Made by a program: the position numbers and the translations under genes
Notes under the pieces: generated by a model
Seen by the model: only the letters and a program-made list of their open reading frames with translations
Database searches by the model: none
Told to the model about the DNA's origin: nothing
Assembly (NCBI GenBank): GCA_030704615.1
Contig: CM060731.1
Span: forward strand, 24,056,001 to 24,120,000
Direction: 5' to 3'
Source of the DNA: Takakia lepidozioides
Taxonomy: Eukaryota > Plantae > Bryophyta
Length of the DNA stretch: 64,000 bases
In this document: positions 24,776 to 38,492 of the stretch, piece after piece
How positions within the stretch are numbered: the first letter of the stretch is position 1
Layout of the letters: each line of letters opens with the position of its first letter

Positions 24776-27610
24776 CTCTAGGGCCACCATGCTGGCACCA
24801 ACATTGAGAACACAAATGAATGTGGCTTGCACACGCATTACAAAATGTGATGTGATCGGGCTTCCCCCCTTCCCCCATCATGGACCTCTTTGCCCTTTTC
24901 CAGGGCTGCCAGACTTGCACAAGCATTGCAAACGCTCACAAACGTGATGTGATTTGCATTTCACCCCTTCCCCCATCATTTGCTCATAGGTATGATCCAA
25001 GGCCTCCATACCGCGCCCCTACTGTGCATACCCTGCAAGCATGACGTTCCATGACACCAAATCTCGTTCAGCCATATTGTTGAACACTCCCTCCACATCC
25101 TCAATGCTCCCACATTTGGCATACATGTCCACGAGGGTATTGTTCAGAATCACATCTGTACAATTCCAACTTTGGCGATGCAACCATGCACCTCTTTGCC
25201 CTTTTCCAGGGCTGCCAGGCTTGCACACGCACTGTAAACGCACACAAACGTGATGTGGTCGCGCTTCACCCCTTCCCCCATCATTTGCTCATAGGTCTCC
25301 AAGTCCTCCATCCCACGGCCTGCTGGGTATATCCTACAAAGCATCACGTTCCACGACAACAAATCTCGTTCAACCATATTGTAGGCAGTGTTCAGGATCA
25401 CACCTGGTACAGTTCCAGCTTTGGCGATGCAGCCATGCACCTCTTTGCCCTTTACCAGGGCTATCAGGCTTGCACATGCATTGCAAACACACACAAACGT
25501 GATGTGGTTGGGCTTCATCCCTTCCCCCATCATTTGCTCATAGGTCTCCAAAGCCTCCATCCCACGCCCCTGCTGTGCATACCCTGCAAGCATCGCGTTC
25601 CACGACCCACATCTTGTTCAGCCATTTGAAAACTCCCTTCGCATCCTTCATGCACCCACATTTGGCATACATGTCCCCCAGGGCAGTGTTTAGGATTACA
25701 TCTGGTACAAATCCAGCTTTGACGATGTCACCATGGACCTCTTTACCCTTTTTCAGAGCTCCTAGGCTTGCACACGCATTGCAAACACAAACAAATGTGT
25801 TGCGGTTGGGCTTCACCCCTTCGCACACCAATTGCTCATAGGTCTCCAAAGCCTCCATCCCGCATCCTTGCTGTGCATATCCTGCAATCATCGCACTCCA
25901 CGACACCACATCTCATTCAGCCATACTGTCGAACACTCCCTTTGCATCCTCGATGCACTCACATTTGACATACATGTCCACCAGGGTAGTGTTTAGAATG
26001 ACATCGGGTACAATTCCAGATTTGACAATGTCACCATGGACCTCTTCGCACCTTTCCAGGGCTGTCAGGCTTGCACACGCATTGCCAATGCAAACAAACA
26101 TTATGCGCTTGCGCTTCACCCCTTCGCACATCATTTGCTCAGAGGTCTCCAAAGCCTCCATCCTGCGCCCTTGGTGTGCATATCCTGCAATCATCGCACT
26201 CCACGACACCACATCTCATTCAGCCATACTGTCAAACACTCCCTTCATACATGTCCACGAGGGTATTGTTCAAAATGACACTTGGTACAATTGCAGCTCT
26301 GACAATGTCGCCATGGACCTCTTTCGCCCTTTTCCAGAGCTGCCAGGCTTGCACACGCATCACAAATGCACACAAATGTGATGTGGTCGGGCTTCACCCC
26401 TTCCCCCATCATTTGATCATAGGTCTCCAAAGCCTTCATACCACGTCCTTGTTGTGCATACCCTGCAAACATCGTCTTCCATGACACCACATCTCGTTCA
26501 ACCATAGCGTTGAAAACTCCCTTCGCATCCTTAATGCACCCACATTTGGCATACATGTCCACCAGGGCAGTGTTCAGAATGACATCTGGTACAATTCTAG
26601 CTTTGACGATGTCACCATGGACCTCTTTCCCCTTTTCCAGAGCTCCCAGGTTTGACATGTTGACAAGGGTGTTGAGGAGAAAAACACTTGGCGTGAATCC
26701 ACTTTGGATAATGTGAGTGTGCACCTACTTTCCAGCTTCCAGACCTTTTATCTTGATGCACTTAAGCAAGAGACAGACAAACGTATCTGAATCTGCTGAA
26801 ATGCCTCCTACATTTGGCATACATGTCCACGAGGGTATTGTTCAGAATCACATCTGGTACAATTCCTGCTTTCGCGATGCAACCATGCACCTCTTTGCCC
26901 TTTTCCAGGGCTACCAGGCTTGCAAACGCACAGACGTGATGTGGTCGGGCTTCATCCCTTCCACCATCATTTACTCATAGGTCTCCAAAGCCTTCATCCC
27001 ACGCCCCTGTTGTGCATAAGCATGGCGTTCCGCGGCACCACAGTTCATTCAGCCACATTGTTGAACACTGTTATCTGTTTTTGGATACTTTCCTGCTGCC
27101 ACATTGGCAGTTACTTGTCAAAGTCATTCCACCCAGACAATCTTCTCAGCTCCGCATGGATTTCCTTAATTCTGGGATGCAACTTGTCATCTACAACGAA
27201 GGTGTGCACCCTGTTGTCAACCTCAATGTAGCAGCGACCTGGCTCCTGGCTCCTTTCTAACCCCTCTGACCGTGATCATTCTTCTCACCTTTGCAGTATC
27301 ATCCCACCTGCCAACTGCGGCATAGATGTTTGATAACAACACATAAGTCACGCCATCTCCATATTGCCATGGATTCTGCAGGCACCAAGCATGGCCTTCC
27401 AGACCACAACATCTGGATTTCAGTAGGCCAGTGTGGCTGCATGCAGAGAGAACACATATAAAGGTGATATTGTCCGGCTTCAAGCCATTCTTTCGCATTC
27501 CTTCAAATAGTTGCAAGACCTTGACAACCATGCTGGGCATATCCTGCGATCATCGCATTCCACGACACCACATTTCATTCAGCCACATTGTCAAAGACTC
27601 CCTTTGCTCG
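24776..27610 (-). pseudogene. Tandem PLS PPR pseudogene fragments, including an E/PG-box segment at ~27130-27430
   Basis: Repeated LVDMYAKCG / VSW / KPNHITFVCV motifs with frameshifts; IEVDNRVHTFVVDDKLHP PG-box-type segment. Confidence 0.92.
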
Positions 27611-27859
27611 ACCACTCATGCATACATCCTTGCTTTGCTGCTAGCAGCTGACAATGACAGCCTAGATTTGTTCTAGGAAACACCCAACTCAACTTATCAT
27701 ACTAGTTCCTATGCTCAACTGCATCTGCTACTCTCTGTTATCCAACAGGCATTTACCTTTTTGCTTCGATTGTCCCACCATTAACAGGGGTCAGAAAAGT
27801 ATTCATTCCACAGCTTCTCCTCGCCTGAATAAAACTTGACGATCCAAAAGCCTTGTCTT

Positions 27860-28119
27860 TTTGAGGATGCAAATGAGAGTGACACAGACATAGGTATCTG
27901 AATGCCTCCTTGGTTTAAAGTCTGTAGAGCCTCTGTCAGTTTGCCTGCCTCACAAAGCATCTTCACATGCGCAGAAGTGCTAGAAGAGGCGTTGTGGACT
28001 CTCTCTCGATCCTCTTTCAGAAGCTCGAGCACGCGGGGGCATCCCTTCCCCGCGCTGCTTTTCGGGCAGGTTCCAAAGAAATTGACGACGACGATGACCT
28101 GGCTACGATGATGTGGCAC
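27860..28119 (-). pseudogene. N-terminal segment of a PPR gene (pre-repeat region)
   Basis: HVKMLCEAGKLTEALQTLNQGG, typical of the first helix of PLS PPR proteins; homolog at ~31560-31680. Confidence 0.6.
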
Positions 28120-29344
28120 TATGGCACCATATTCTTGCTCTACGCTAAACTAGCTTCCGACCGTCGGTCGTCGCTAGAACTAAGGTTTTTGCGTTGCTCC
28201 GCACTACTAGCGATAAATTTTGAGAACTACGTTCAATTTGCACAAAAAGGGGGTGGTGGTGTTACATACATATATCCCGGATTTCATTGTTTTTTGCAAG
28301 AAACTGCTAGATGTATCAGCTGTCTCTTGAAGTCTGTGGCTTGAAGTCTATCGCACACTTGCTTCCATTGTTTGATGAGAGGCAGGGCCCACTCAAGGAT
28401 GCTATACACTAAATGAAGTTTTCCAAAAATCTCACAAAGATTTTTGGAGCAAGTCTACCACCAGGCTCATTCATGGGCCTTGAACAAAGAATGAAAATTA
28501 TTGTCATATGCAAAAGTTAGTGGGATCCATCTCAACCCTGATAAGCAGTGAAGGGTTAACTGGATATGTACTTTCATATTATACCAATATAATCCACTTA
28601 TTTTATTTTACTCCACAAAATATTTTATGGTAAATACACTAAAGAGTTCTTAGCCAGTCCAAGTGAGGCCTTGCTATGGCATGGCACTAACTTTGTCATT
28701 TGCCTCCATGACTGGCCAGCCACAATTCTTGTGTGTTCAATGTCTAGAAATTTTCAGGTTTATTATGGATGAAAGTATACTTCACTCTACCATTAGCGTA
28801 TAGCCATAGTTGTGATACATGTAATTAATACTAATCTATTTTTTTCATTGCCCATTAAAAACAGTTTAGATTATTAATTTAAAGATATTATATAGATATA
28901 TGAATTTATTTTATTCTATTTTCCATAAAGCGAAAAGGTTTGTTAAAAAAGAGTGGAAAAAGTTCAATCCATGAGGCGGTTACACATTGAAACCTGCCAG
29001 CACAGTGTTAATTAGCCTCTCAATTAGTTTGAACACTTTATCTGTTTGTATAGAATATGGGATAAACCTATTCTCACACTTTGAGCCTCTAAAGTGAAGT
29101 CACAAATTGAAGTCTCAGGAACGACAAAACAGCCTGTTAGAGCAGTGTTGCAAGATCTATATAATATTGTTGGAGTCGCACATGGAGAGAGTCAGTTGGT
29201 TCCCTTAGTTGAAGTAGGCATGATATGTTAATTGTTGCTCATTACCATATCACAAGCCTGTGCTTGATATGCACCTAAGTAGGTCAGCAGGGTTTGTTAC
29301 AACCCAGCTAGAGTAACCTCTCCACTGGTGGCTGCATTTTCAGC

Positions 29345-30257
29345 ACTATGGCTGAACGAGATGTGGTGTCGTGGAATCGATGCTTGCAGGGTATGCACAG
29401 CAGGGCCGCAGGATGGAGGCCTTGGAGACCTATGAGCAAATGATGGGGGAAGGGGTGAAGCCCAGCCTGGCAACTCTGGAAAAGGGCGAAAGGTGCATGG
29501 CGACGTTGTCAGAGCTGCAATTGTATCAAATGTCATTCTGAACAATACCCTCATGGACATGTATGAAGGGAGTGTTCGACAGTATGGCTGAACGTGATGT
29601 GGTGTCGTGGAGTGCGATGATTGCAGGATATGCACAACAAGGGTGCGGGATGGAGGACCTATGAGCAAATGATGTGCGAAGGGGTGAAGCCCAACATTTG
29701 TTTTTGTTTGCAATGCGTGTGCAAGCCTGGGAGCTCTGGAAAAGGGGAAAGAGGTCCATGGTGCCATCGTCAAGTACTAGATGTCATCCTGAACACTGCC
29801 CTGGTGGACATGTATGCAAAATGTGGGTGCATTAAGGATGTGAAGGGAGTTTTCAGCACTATGGCTGAACGAGATGTGGTGTCATGGAACGCGATGCTTG
29901 CAGGGTGTGCACAACAGGGGCGTGAGATGGAGGCGACCTATGAGCAAATGATGGGGGAAGGAGTGAAGCCTGACCACATCACGTTTGTGTGCATTTGCAA
30001 TGCGTGTGCAAGCCTCGTAGCCCTGGAAAAGGGCAAAGAGGTGCATGGTTGCATCGCCAAAGCTGAAATTGTACCAAATGTGATAAGCACAGCCCCTAGG
30101 ACGCCTCTCCGTCTCATCAAGAATCTTCGGGTGTGTGGTGACTGCCACACCTCCACCAAGTTCACTCAAAGATTGTTGGCCGAGCAATTGTTGTATGGGA
30201 CGCTAACCGCTTTCACCACTTGAAGATGGGGTTTGTTCTTGTGGGGATTACTGTTGA
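29345..30257 (+). pseudogene. PLS PPR pseudogene joined to a DYW C-terminal remnant
   Basis: PLS repeats joined directly to [20 protein letters not shown] and ...CSCGDYC* ending at 30257. Confidence 0.9.
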
Positions 30258-30573
30258 AACGTTGTCTTGTTTGTTGGAATGGTGCAGATGTCTTGCTTCA
30301 TTCTTTGATCTGTGTAGCTACTCAGTTCATCCACCATTTCCTGAGAATATTGACCATGATGTACTGTTGAGGGCATTTCCGTACCATAGATCCACATGAA
30401 ATAGTAGCGGGGTCTACAGGTAGTTAGTGAAGGGGGGATTTCGACCGTCTCTGGTGATAGTGGAAGGAAATCAGAGTGCTGTCATATTTCAGGTGTGGGT
30501 GGTGGATCTTCTCCAGAGCTTGAAGATGAAAGTGAATATGATTCACAATGACCTTGATTAGAGGGGCAGCCTT

Positions 30574-30954
30574 GTGCACAAGTTTGTTCAGCATCTTTTA
30601 TTTGGACATGTTTGTATGTTTCTCGTGGGGCTGCTTCAGATTGAGTGGAATAGTATCACCTTTGTATCTCTTTTGTGTGCATGTAGCTTTGGGGGTCTTG
30701 AAGGCCATCATTACTTTGATTCCATGACTGAAGCTCATGTCCTCACGCCTACAGTCGAGCATTTTGGCTGCATGGTAGACCTTTTTGGCCATGTAGGGCG
30801 ATTGGATGAGGCAAAGGACCTCATCACTAAAATACCAATCCAACCAAATGTTGGGGTGTGGAGGGCCATGCTTGGTGCCTGCAGAGTTCATGGCTATGTA
30901 TCAATGCATGTGATGGGCACTTTTGGGTATGTTAAATGCTACTTACACATCTGA
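30574..30954 (+). pseudogene. PPR L2/S2/E fragment
   Basis: ITFVSLLCACS...YFDSM...PTVEHFGCMVDLFG...VWRAMLGACRVHG. Confidence 0.85.
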
Positions 30955-31027
30955 TTGCCAGCGTATAGTCTGACGCATTGGCAACTCTCAAGGTTAGTGG
31001 TGGCATTCTCATAGTAGATAGTAATCC

Positions 31028-33018
31028 TTAATGCACCCACATTTTGCATATGTGTCCACTAGGGCAGTGTTCAGGATGACATCTGGTACTTGACGATGTC
31101 ACCATGGACCTCTTTCTCCTTTTCCAGAGCTCCCAGGCTTGCACACGCAATGCAAGCAAAAACGGATGTTGGGCTTCACCCCTTCGCACATCATTTGCAC
31201 ATAGGTCCTCCATCCCGCACCCTTGCTGTGCATATCTTGCAATCATCACACTCCACGACACCACATCTAGTTCAGCCATACTATCGAACACATCTAGCTT
31301 AGCACCCATGCTTGGTAAGTCCGGCCAACATTATATTCCACGTGGTCAAAGATCGTTGAGGCATTCTGTTGAACACTTGATTAGCATCCATGATGCTCCC
31401 GCACTTAACAAATACGTCGACAAGGGTGTTGAGTAGAAAAACATTTGGCATGAATCCACTTTGGATAATGTAAGTGTGCACCTGCTTTCTAGCTTCCAGA
31501 CCTTTCATCTTGATGCAGTCATGCAAGTCTAGACAGACATACGTATCTGAATCTGCTAAAATGCCTCCTCAGTTTAAAGTCTATAGAGCCTCTTTCAGTC
31601 AGTCAGCCTCACAAAGCATCTTCACATGCCCAGAAGTGCCAGAAGAGGCATTGTGGACCCCCTCTCTTGATCCTCTTCCAAAAGCTGTGGACATGGTTGA
31701 GGTGCCTGATTTTATCCCCCAGGTTTCTTGTAGCTATTGATCCACAGGGAATCATAGGTAATCTTGTGCTTGAAATCTGGCCCTCTTGAATAAATCTGGA
31801 CCCACATTCTATCCCTGCTACTTCAACTATCCATGCGTCTGCACAAATCATGCTGCCTTGCTGCTAGCAGCTGACAAATCACAGCCTAGATTTGTTCTAG
31901 GAAACACCCAACTCAACTTATCACGCTATTCCACAACAAATGTATTCACCTGGTTGTCCACCTGGTTGAGACCTGGCTCCTTTCTGAGACCTCTGTCCCT
32001 CATCATTTTTCTCACCTTGGCAGTATCGTCCCGCCTACCAGCCTTGATAACAACAGATAAATAGCAGCATCCTGTGGATCCCATTTAGAAAAGCATTTTG
32101 CTACACTTTCTGCCACCTCCACATTGCCATGAATTCTGCAAGCACCAAGCAAGGTCTGCCACACTGAAGCAGCTGGTTCGATTGGCATTTTGTTCATGAA
32201 GTCCTCTGCCTCCTCCACTCGACCTACAATTGTAGGAGCGAGGCCATGATTTTGACTCACGGAATCAAATCATGTTGGGCATATCCTGCGATCATCTCAT
32301 TCCACAACACCACATTTCATTCAGCCATATTGTCAAATACTCCCTTTGCATCCTCATTGCACCCACATTTCGCAAACATGTCCACCAGGGCAGCGTCCAT
32401 AATGACATTTGGTACAATTCCAGCTTTGATGATGTCACCATGCACCTCTTTGCCCTTTTCCAGGGCTGCCAGGCTTGCACACGCATTGCAAACGCACACA
32501 AACGTGATGTGGTTGGGCTTCACCCCTTCCCCCAGGCCTCCATCTCGTGCCCCTGCTGTGCATATCCTGCAAGCATGGCGTTCCATGACATTTTGTCAAA
32601 AACTTGTCTGGCATCGTTCAAGCTCCCACACTTGGCATACATATCGACAATGGCAGTCTCCAAAATGATATCTGGTGCAATTCCAACTTCCACTATGTCA
32701 ACATGGACCTATGTACCTTTTTCCAGAGCTTCTAGGCTGGCACAAGCATTGAGAACAGAAATGAATGTAATGTTGTTGGGTGTTCATACATCTGGCAAGC
32801 CACCCAGCTACCACAGCCATGCTGACCATATCCTGCAATTATCAGACTTCATGAGACCACGTTTCGTTGAGCCATGTTGCCAAACACTTGTCGGGCATCC
32901 TTTCAGCTCCCGCACTTGGCATACATGTCGACGAGCGCAGTCTCCAGATTGGTATATGACTCATACCAGCTTTAGTAATGTAAGCATGGACCTCTGTGCC
33001 CTTTTCCAGGGAACCTAG
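31028..33018 (-). pseudogene. Mosaic PLS/E PPR pseudogene fragments
   Basis: QVHTYIIQSGFMPNVFLLNTLVDVFVKCG; VWQTLLGACRIHGN; KPNHITFVCVCNACASL; frameshifted. Confidence 0.9.
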
Positions 33019-33557
33019 GCTGGCGCACTGAGCAGAGCAAAGAATGCCTTACGAGTACATTCTCTCTGTATCTCTGTCAGACCATAGGCTGCCCATCAGA
33101 GGGCTCAACAACTCCGTTCACAGAGAGTTCAAGAAACTTCACGGTTCGTGAACTTATTTTCGGTCAATTCGGGCAGTCTGGGCAGGATCGACAAACAATG
33201 ACGACGATGACGTGGCTACGACGAAACGTGGCACTATGGCACCCTATATCTGCTCTACACTAAACTAGCTTCCGACCTTCTCTCGCTAGAATTTAATAGT
33301 GAAACCGAGATAATGTGGGGTGGGGAGGATTTGACAGGGGCCCCACCGGAGGAGCCCAGGTTGCCGGAATCCGGCGAAAGTACTATTAGATCACACACGT
33401 CCATTCAGTTCTTACATTATTCCTATTATCACTTGGTCATATATATATATAATATTCCCTTTGGATTAGGTTATTGGTAATTATCATGTTGGCAGCTTAA
33501 TCCCGTAAAACACAGGCAAATTTTTTTCTTTGTAATTCAAGGAGCCTCCCTGGCCGC

Positions 33558-33812
33558 AAGGTTCCCCCAATTTACGGGAAGTACCTTCCGCTTTTGGAAG
33601 GGTCCCCCAATTTGCGGGAAGTACCTTCCGCGTGTGGAAGGGTCCCCCGATTTGCGGGGCAAGGAGCGGGAAAGAAAAATTTCCCAGTTTTTCACGTTGG
33701 GGAAGGGTCGTTCCCAAGGCCCTTCCTGAATTTTCGAGCACCCGGAACTCGGGCTCCGCCCTTGTTGCCGGTGCTCTCAAATTCAGGAAGGGCCTTGGGA
33801 ACGACCCTTCCC
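33558..33812. repeat. Short tandem repeats plus a ~113-bp hairpin with 34-bp perfect arms (33700-33733 / 33779-33812)
   Basis: gggaagggtcgttcccaaggcccttcctgaattt and its exact reverse complement; upstream ~40-bp repeats of cccccaatttgcgggaagtaccttccgc. Confidence 0.85.
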
Positions 33813-35279
33813 TAATACTAAATGTCCGTGACTGCGATCTCATGAATTATCAAGACAAGATCCCTTTGGTGGTTGCTACGCAGAGATGTGCCAACGGAGG
33901 ACTCAGCTCCATCCTCTCAATACTCGTTGGTGTTTGTGGTTTGTCTTTGTCTATGGCTAAACACACTAACCTGTTTAGGCCTAGGTGGATTCATGTTAGG
34001 TTTAGCCTTGAAGGACTTACTAGATTATCTTCTGTCGCTTGGATTCTTCTGGTCGTGTCGCTTGGTTAGAGAGTTTGGTGGTTACTTCTTCTGGTTATTG
34101 AGTGTCGCGTCTCTTCGTTAGAAAGTCTGGTGGTTACTTCTGGTGGTTACTGACTGTCGGGTCGCTTGGTTAGAGAGTCTGGTGGTTAGTTCTGTATCTG
34201 CAGCCCCATAGTGGTTTTCAGGTGCATGTAGTGGTTGTAGGGTTGTTGGAGGGTTGTTGGTCTTGTTACATGAAAGGCTGTAGCAGTGTAGGAGTTAATT
34301 TGTGAGGGCAACAATACACTTGGTGCTTTCATGATGGTGCTGCACTGATTTTTACTTGGGTCTTTCTGGAGATGTAGCTGTCAGGCGCATGTAGTGGTTG
34401 TAGGGATAGTGAAGGGCAAGGCTGCTTGGACATTTAATTAGAGGTGCACAGAATTTTTTTGGGTTACTGAAAGGCTGACCTGCAATGGAGTTACAGCTGC
34501 TGGTCAATTTTGGGAGCTTATAACATGATAGGCAATTACTCGGGCTGGTGCTTCATTTTGCAACGTCTTGCAACAAAATTGGCATGTTAACTCATTGATT
34601 CAATTAGAGCTTTACATGACGAACTGAGGATCCTTACTGCAGTTCAATTAGTTGAGAGTCTAACATTAGTGTAGGTTTTAGTCCCTCACCAAACGGGGGT
34701 GCACCCAAGGGGGGAGATCACCCCCCTTTCTGTTCATGGGGGAGCCATCAGTTGGGGCATAAATTGGGTTCAAATCCCACTATCTCAAGGGACCGTGTAG
34801 GCTTTGCTGGGCTGGGAAGGCATATCAAAGACAGAAAACTACCTTGAAACTAAAATGTACCCTGCAAGCGGGTGCTTCTATCCCCTTTGCCAAACCTGTG
34901 GGAAAAAATGGAAAAATGACCCCCCTTGCTTTGACCAAGTGCCACCTCACCAAATTTTGCCCAAATGTGGTTTTTCTTGGATGGATGCTAGAACCCGTGG
35001 GGATGAACTGAGAGCAGATTGGGGCAAATCTGCTTTCATCCCGTCATTCAAATACGGAGATATACGGTTCAGTTACTTTTTTGTTTTTTCTAATTCAAAA
35101 GTTGCCAAAACAGCCCCACCTTCAATGGGCTCTCATTTTTTAATAATTGGGTCTTGAATGCACCTATGGGCCCCGCCAGTACGGCCCATGGGTTGAGCTC
35201 ATGAACCCACCCCCCTTTCACCGGGTCTAGATTCTGAATTTTTTCTAAGTCCTAGTTCTTTAATGGCGGCGGACCTTCT

Positions 35280-35475
35280 AGCGGACTGGCCAAACCCTCA
35301 ACAGACTCACTCCAACTGGCGAGCGGACTGACCAGCGGACTGGCGAGCGGACTGGCGATTGACGAGCGGACTGACCAGAAGACTGGCGATTGGCGAGCAG
35401 ACTCACCAGCAGACTGGCGATTGACGAGCGGACTGACTGGCGACGGACTCCAACTGGCGAGCGCCTAACTCCAAC
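35280..35475. repeat. Degenerate minisatellite built on GAGCGGACTGGC
   Basis: gcggactg/gactggcga units repeated more than ten times. Confidence 0.8.
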
Positions 35476-37086
35476 CTTCAGACCCTCCTCAAACAAAATA
35501 TACATTTATAATGCCCGGGTATTCTGGGATTTGTGCCGATTTTGCTGAAAATTTGTCGAGGGATGGAGGGGGTAGCTGTGCACAGATTTTGCGGTCATTT
35601 TTTCCAAATTCATTTTTTTTTTCAGAAAATCAGCAATTTTTCCGACTAGGGGTCCTGTTTTTTCAAAAAGTGAAAGTAAGCCACTGGGCGCCTAGGGGTT
35701 AAGGTACCACTAGTACTTCGACCATAGTCATTAGCTAATAATCAGGACGGTGATCCATAAGTTATGTAAGTCATTGCGGCGACTGAAGCAATATAAGCTT
35801 GGGACCTTTGAGCGTGTGACATCCATCTTTCGAGCTATTCAAAGAAAGCTGGTTCATAAGTCTCTTGTATCTATTGTTGCTAGTTAGTTTGCTTTGACTC
35901 GTGAGCTTTTGCAAGTGTTCAAGCTACTGATTGTACTCAGTAGATTTAAGGGTTTTACCAGATATGTGACATAGACGATGGATTTTGAGCAACATATTGT
36001 GGATAATATGATTAGAATGTAAAATAGTTGTTATTAATGTAAAATTGTGTGAGCAGGTTGAGATGTCATTACAATGAAAGCCAAAGTGTGAGAGCATGGT
36101 TGAAGGCATTATGAATGACAAATGAGACAAATAAATTTATGTACATGGCATGTGTAACAGTGAAATTTTGGTTTTATATCGATTTTAAATATGGAGCAAT
36201 GACTGCTCTTGCACCATGCATCTAGCCGGTTACCTCATTTTATGGTGACGGATTTACAAGTCATAAAATGTACTTTGTGATAATAATATATACCATAAAG
36301 ATACTTACAAAAAGACGTCTACCTTAGGGGGAAGCTCCAGGTTTGTATTTATTGTGGAGAGGGTAATTATCAGTGTTGTGCGGGTAAATAGATTTTTGCT
36401 TACCCTCCCAGTAAGGATAAATAGAGATCAGAGGATTATTTATCCTCCGGATAAGGGTAAATTATTTATATGTCCATTTATTTATCCTACAAGTAAAGGG
36501 TAAAGGCCAATATTTTTGACCGGATAAGGATAATAACCAGGTATGGATAAATGATCTACCATTTCTATATCCGCCAGATAAATAAAGGATATATAGTTTT
36601 GTTTGTTTGTTATGCTCAATAATAAATAAATAAATAAATAAACTAATGAATTAAGATAATCAATTTTAGGTCTATTTTTTGGTTTAGTATGAGGCTGATT
36701 GTATCATATGTTGACACCAAAGATAATAATCTAATGGTCAGTTCACACCTGTGGTTAGCAGTGTTGATAACCCGACTATTATGTAACTCCGTTCACACAT
36801 ACAGGCATTTATCTGTAGTTTGGTGATGTGGATTAGGCTATCACCGCGCCTATCACCATGTGATAGCAGGGGCGGGAGAAGTTAAACATGTCATTAAAAA
36901 TCTATGCAAATCGTAGATTCCCGCAAATTTGAGCCCTTAGCAGCGGCGGTAAAGTATCAACTTGAAAACTAGTGTGGTAAACTAGTGGCGTGAGCAGTAT
37001 CCCGTCGGTAGCGTTGAGCAGGCTCCTGTCGCAAGCAATGCTCATTTGCAATAGAATTTTGTGCATTCAAAGCATTTTCAGTTACT

Positions 37087-38241
37087 ATGGCTTCAAATTC
37101 TGAGAGTTCACGAGCAACAGAAAGCTTAGAAGTCATGGGTTGTGATCAGGGTGGAGGTCAAGGGGTTCGGGGAAGAGGTCGGGGTGGCAGCAGAGGAGGG
37201 CGCAATGGAGGAGAACCTACAATTCCACGGCAGAGACACACCAACTGGGAGAATAGTGAAATCCTAGCTCTCATTGCATGCAGGCATGCAGAACATGTAG
37301 CATAGAGAGAGGTCATTGATCCAAGAGCGCATATGATCCCTGCTGCGCAGCGATGGGAGAAAATTGCCGAAGAGTTGCAAAAGAAGACCAAAGTGAGATT
37401 CCCCAGAAATGGCAAGTTGGCCAAGGACAAATGGAACGCACTCAACTCCGATTATAAAAAAATTGCTGACTATCACAAAGGGTCGGGCAATCATACTTGC
37501 TTCTGGGATCTATCATCTGAAGAAAAGGAGAGGTTCCACTTGCCTCGTCAATACAACAGAAAGTATTATGGTTTGATTGAAGTATTTCAAGGGGAGAAGA
37601 TTATTAATGCTCCCTTGCATACCAGAGATGTAAATGCTGACGGAGATGGAGGTTACAAAGGTCCTACGCAAGAAACACATGACGAGAATGAGGATCTACG
37701 ATCTGAGAACAATACAACACCTGTAGAGAATAATATAGCACCTGCAGTACCTACAACAATTTCCGACAATCCAGGCATCAGAAATGCAGCATTCATCAAT
37801 TTGACTGAAGATTCAGAGTCAGCACTTCAAGGCAATAACCAGCCACCCCCCGTCATCAATCTTGCTGATACCCCTCCGACAACACCGGCACTAGGTACCA
37901 CCGGCGTGAAGAGGAAGCGTAATAGTATTTTTTCTCCTGTGATTGAGTCTTCCGACAAAAACAGTAAGATACTTGTGGAAGCGATGGACAAGATTAATGT
38001 TACCCAGCTTGAGATTGAACAATGCCGCTCGAAGAGTCATGATCGCACCTTCAGGGAGCAATTGCTGTACCTCAAGTCGAGAGATAGGAAAATCCACAAG
38101 ATGAGCAGAAGCTTGGTGAATGTATTATCAAACTTGAGCACGGCTATGTGTCATGCCTTTATTAAGGATCAGACACTCATGCCTGCACGAGTGGAACTTT
38201 CTGATTCTTCAGATGATGAAATGGCAGATCCAAATGTGTAA
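37087..38241 (+). pseudogene. Harbinger Myb/SANT-like (trihelix) DNA-binding protein with one in-frame stop
   Basis: NWENSEILALIAC...RWEKIAEEL...RNGKLAKDKWNALNSDYKKI; TAG at 37303-37305. Confidence 0.88.
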
Positions 38242-38492
38242 ATTATTAGTGATGAAGAGCGGGGAAATGTTCCGAGATGAAGTGATACATACGCCAGTTG
38301 CTGGTACGACGTACAATTTACATGGAGCAATACAGACGACCCTCAAAGCAGTATAGATGACACAAAGTAGTTCAATATGCACAAACATTTTGACATAGTT
38401 CTAGTTGCACAGAACATTTTGAACAATTCAATCCCATTTGATTTCAGTTGAATCAAGATACATGCAATTTCATGTCAGTTCACATCAGGATG

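Noticed and set aside
583-33018. Numerous antisense and alternative-frame ORFs over the PPR and transposase regions
   Set aside because: Shadows of repetitive coding sequence with no independent motifs
34680-35702. piggyBac-like element ending AGGGG-TTAA at ~35700
   Set aside because: No matching left TIR/TTAA or transposase found
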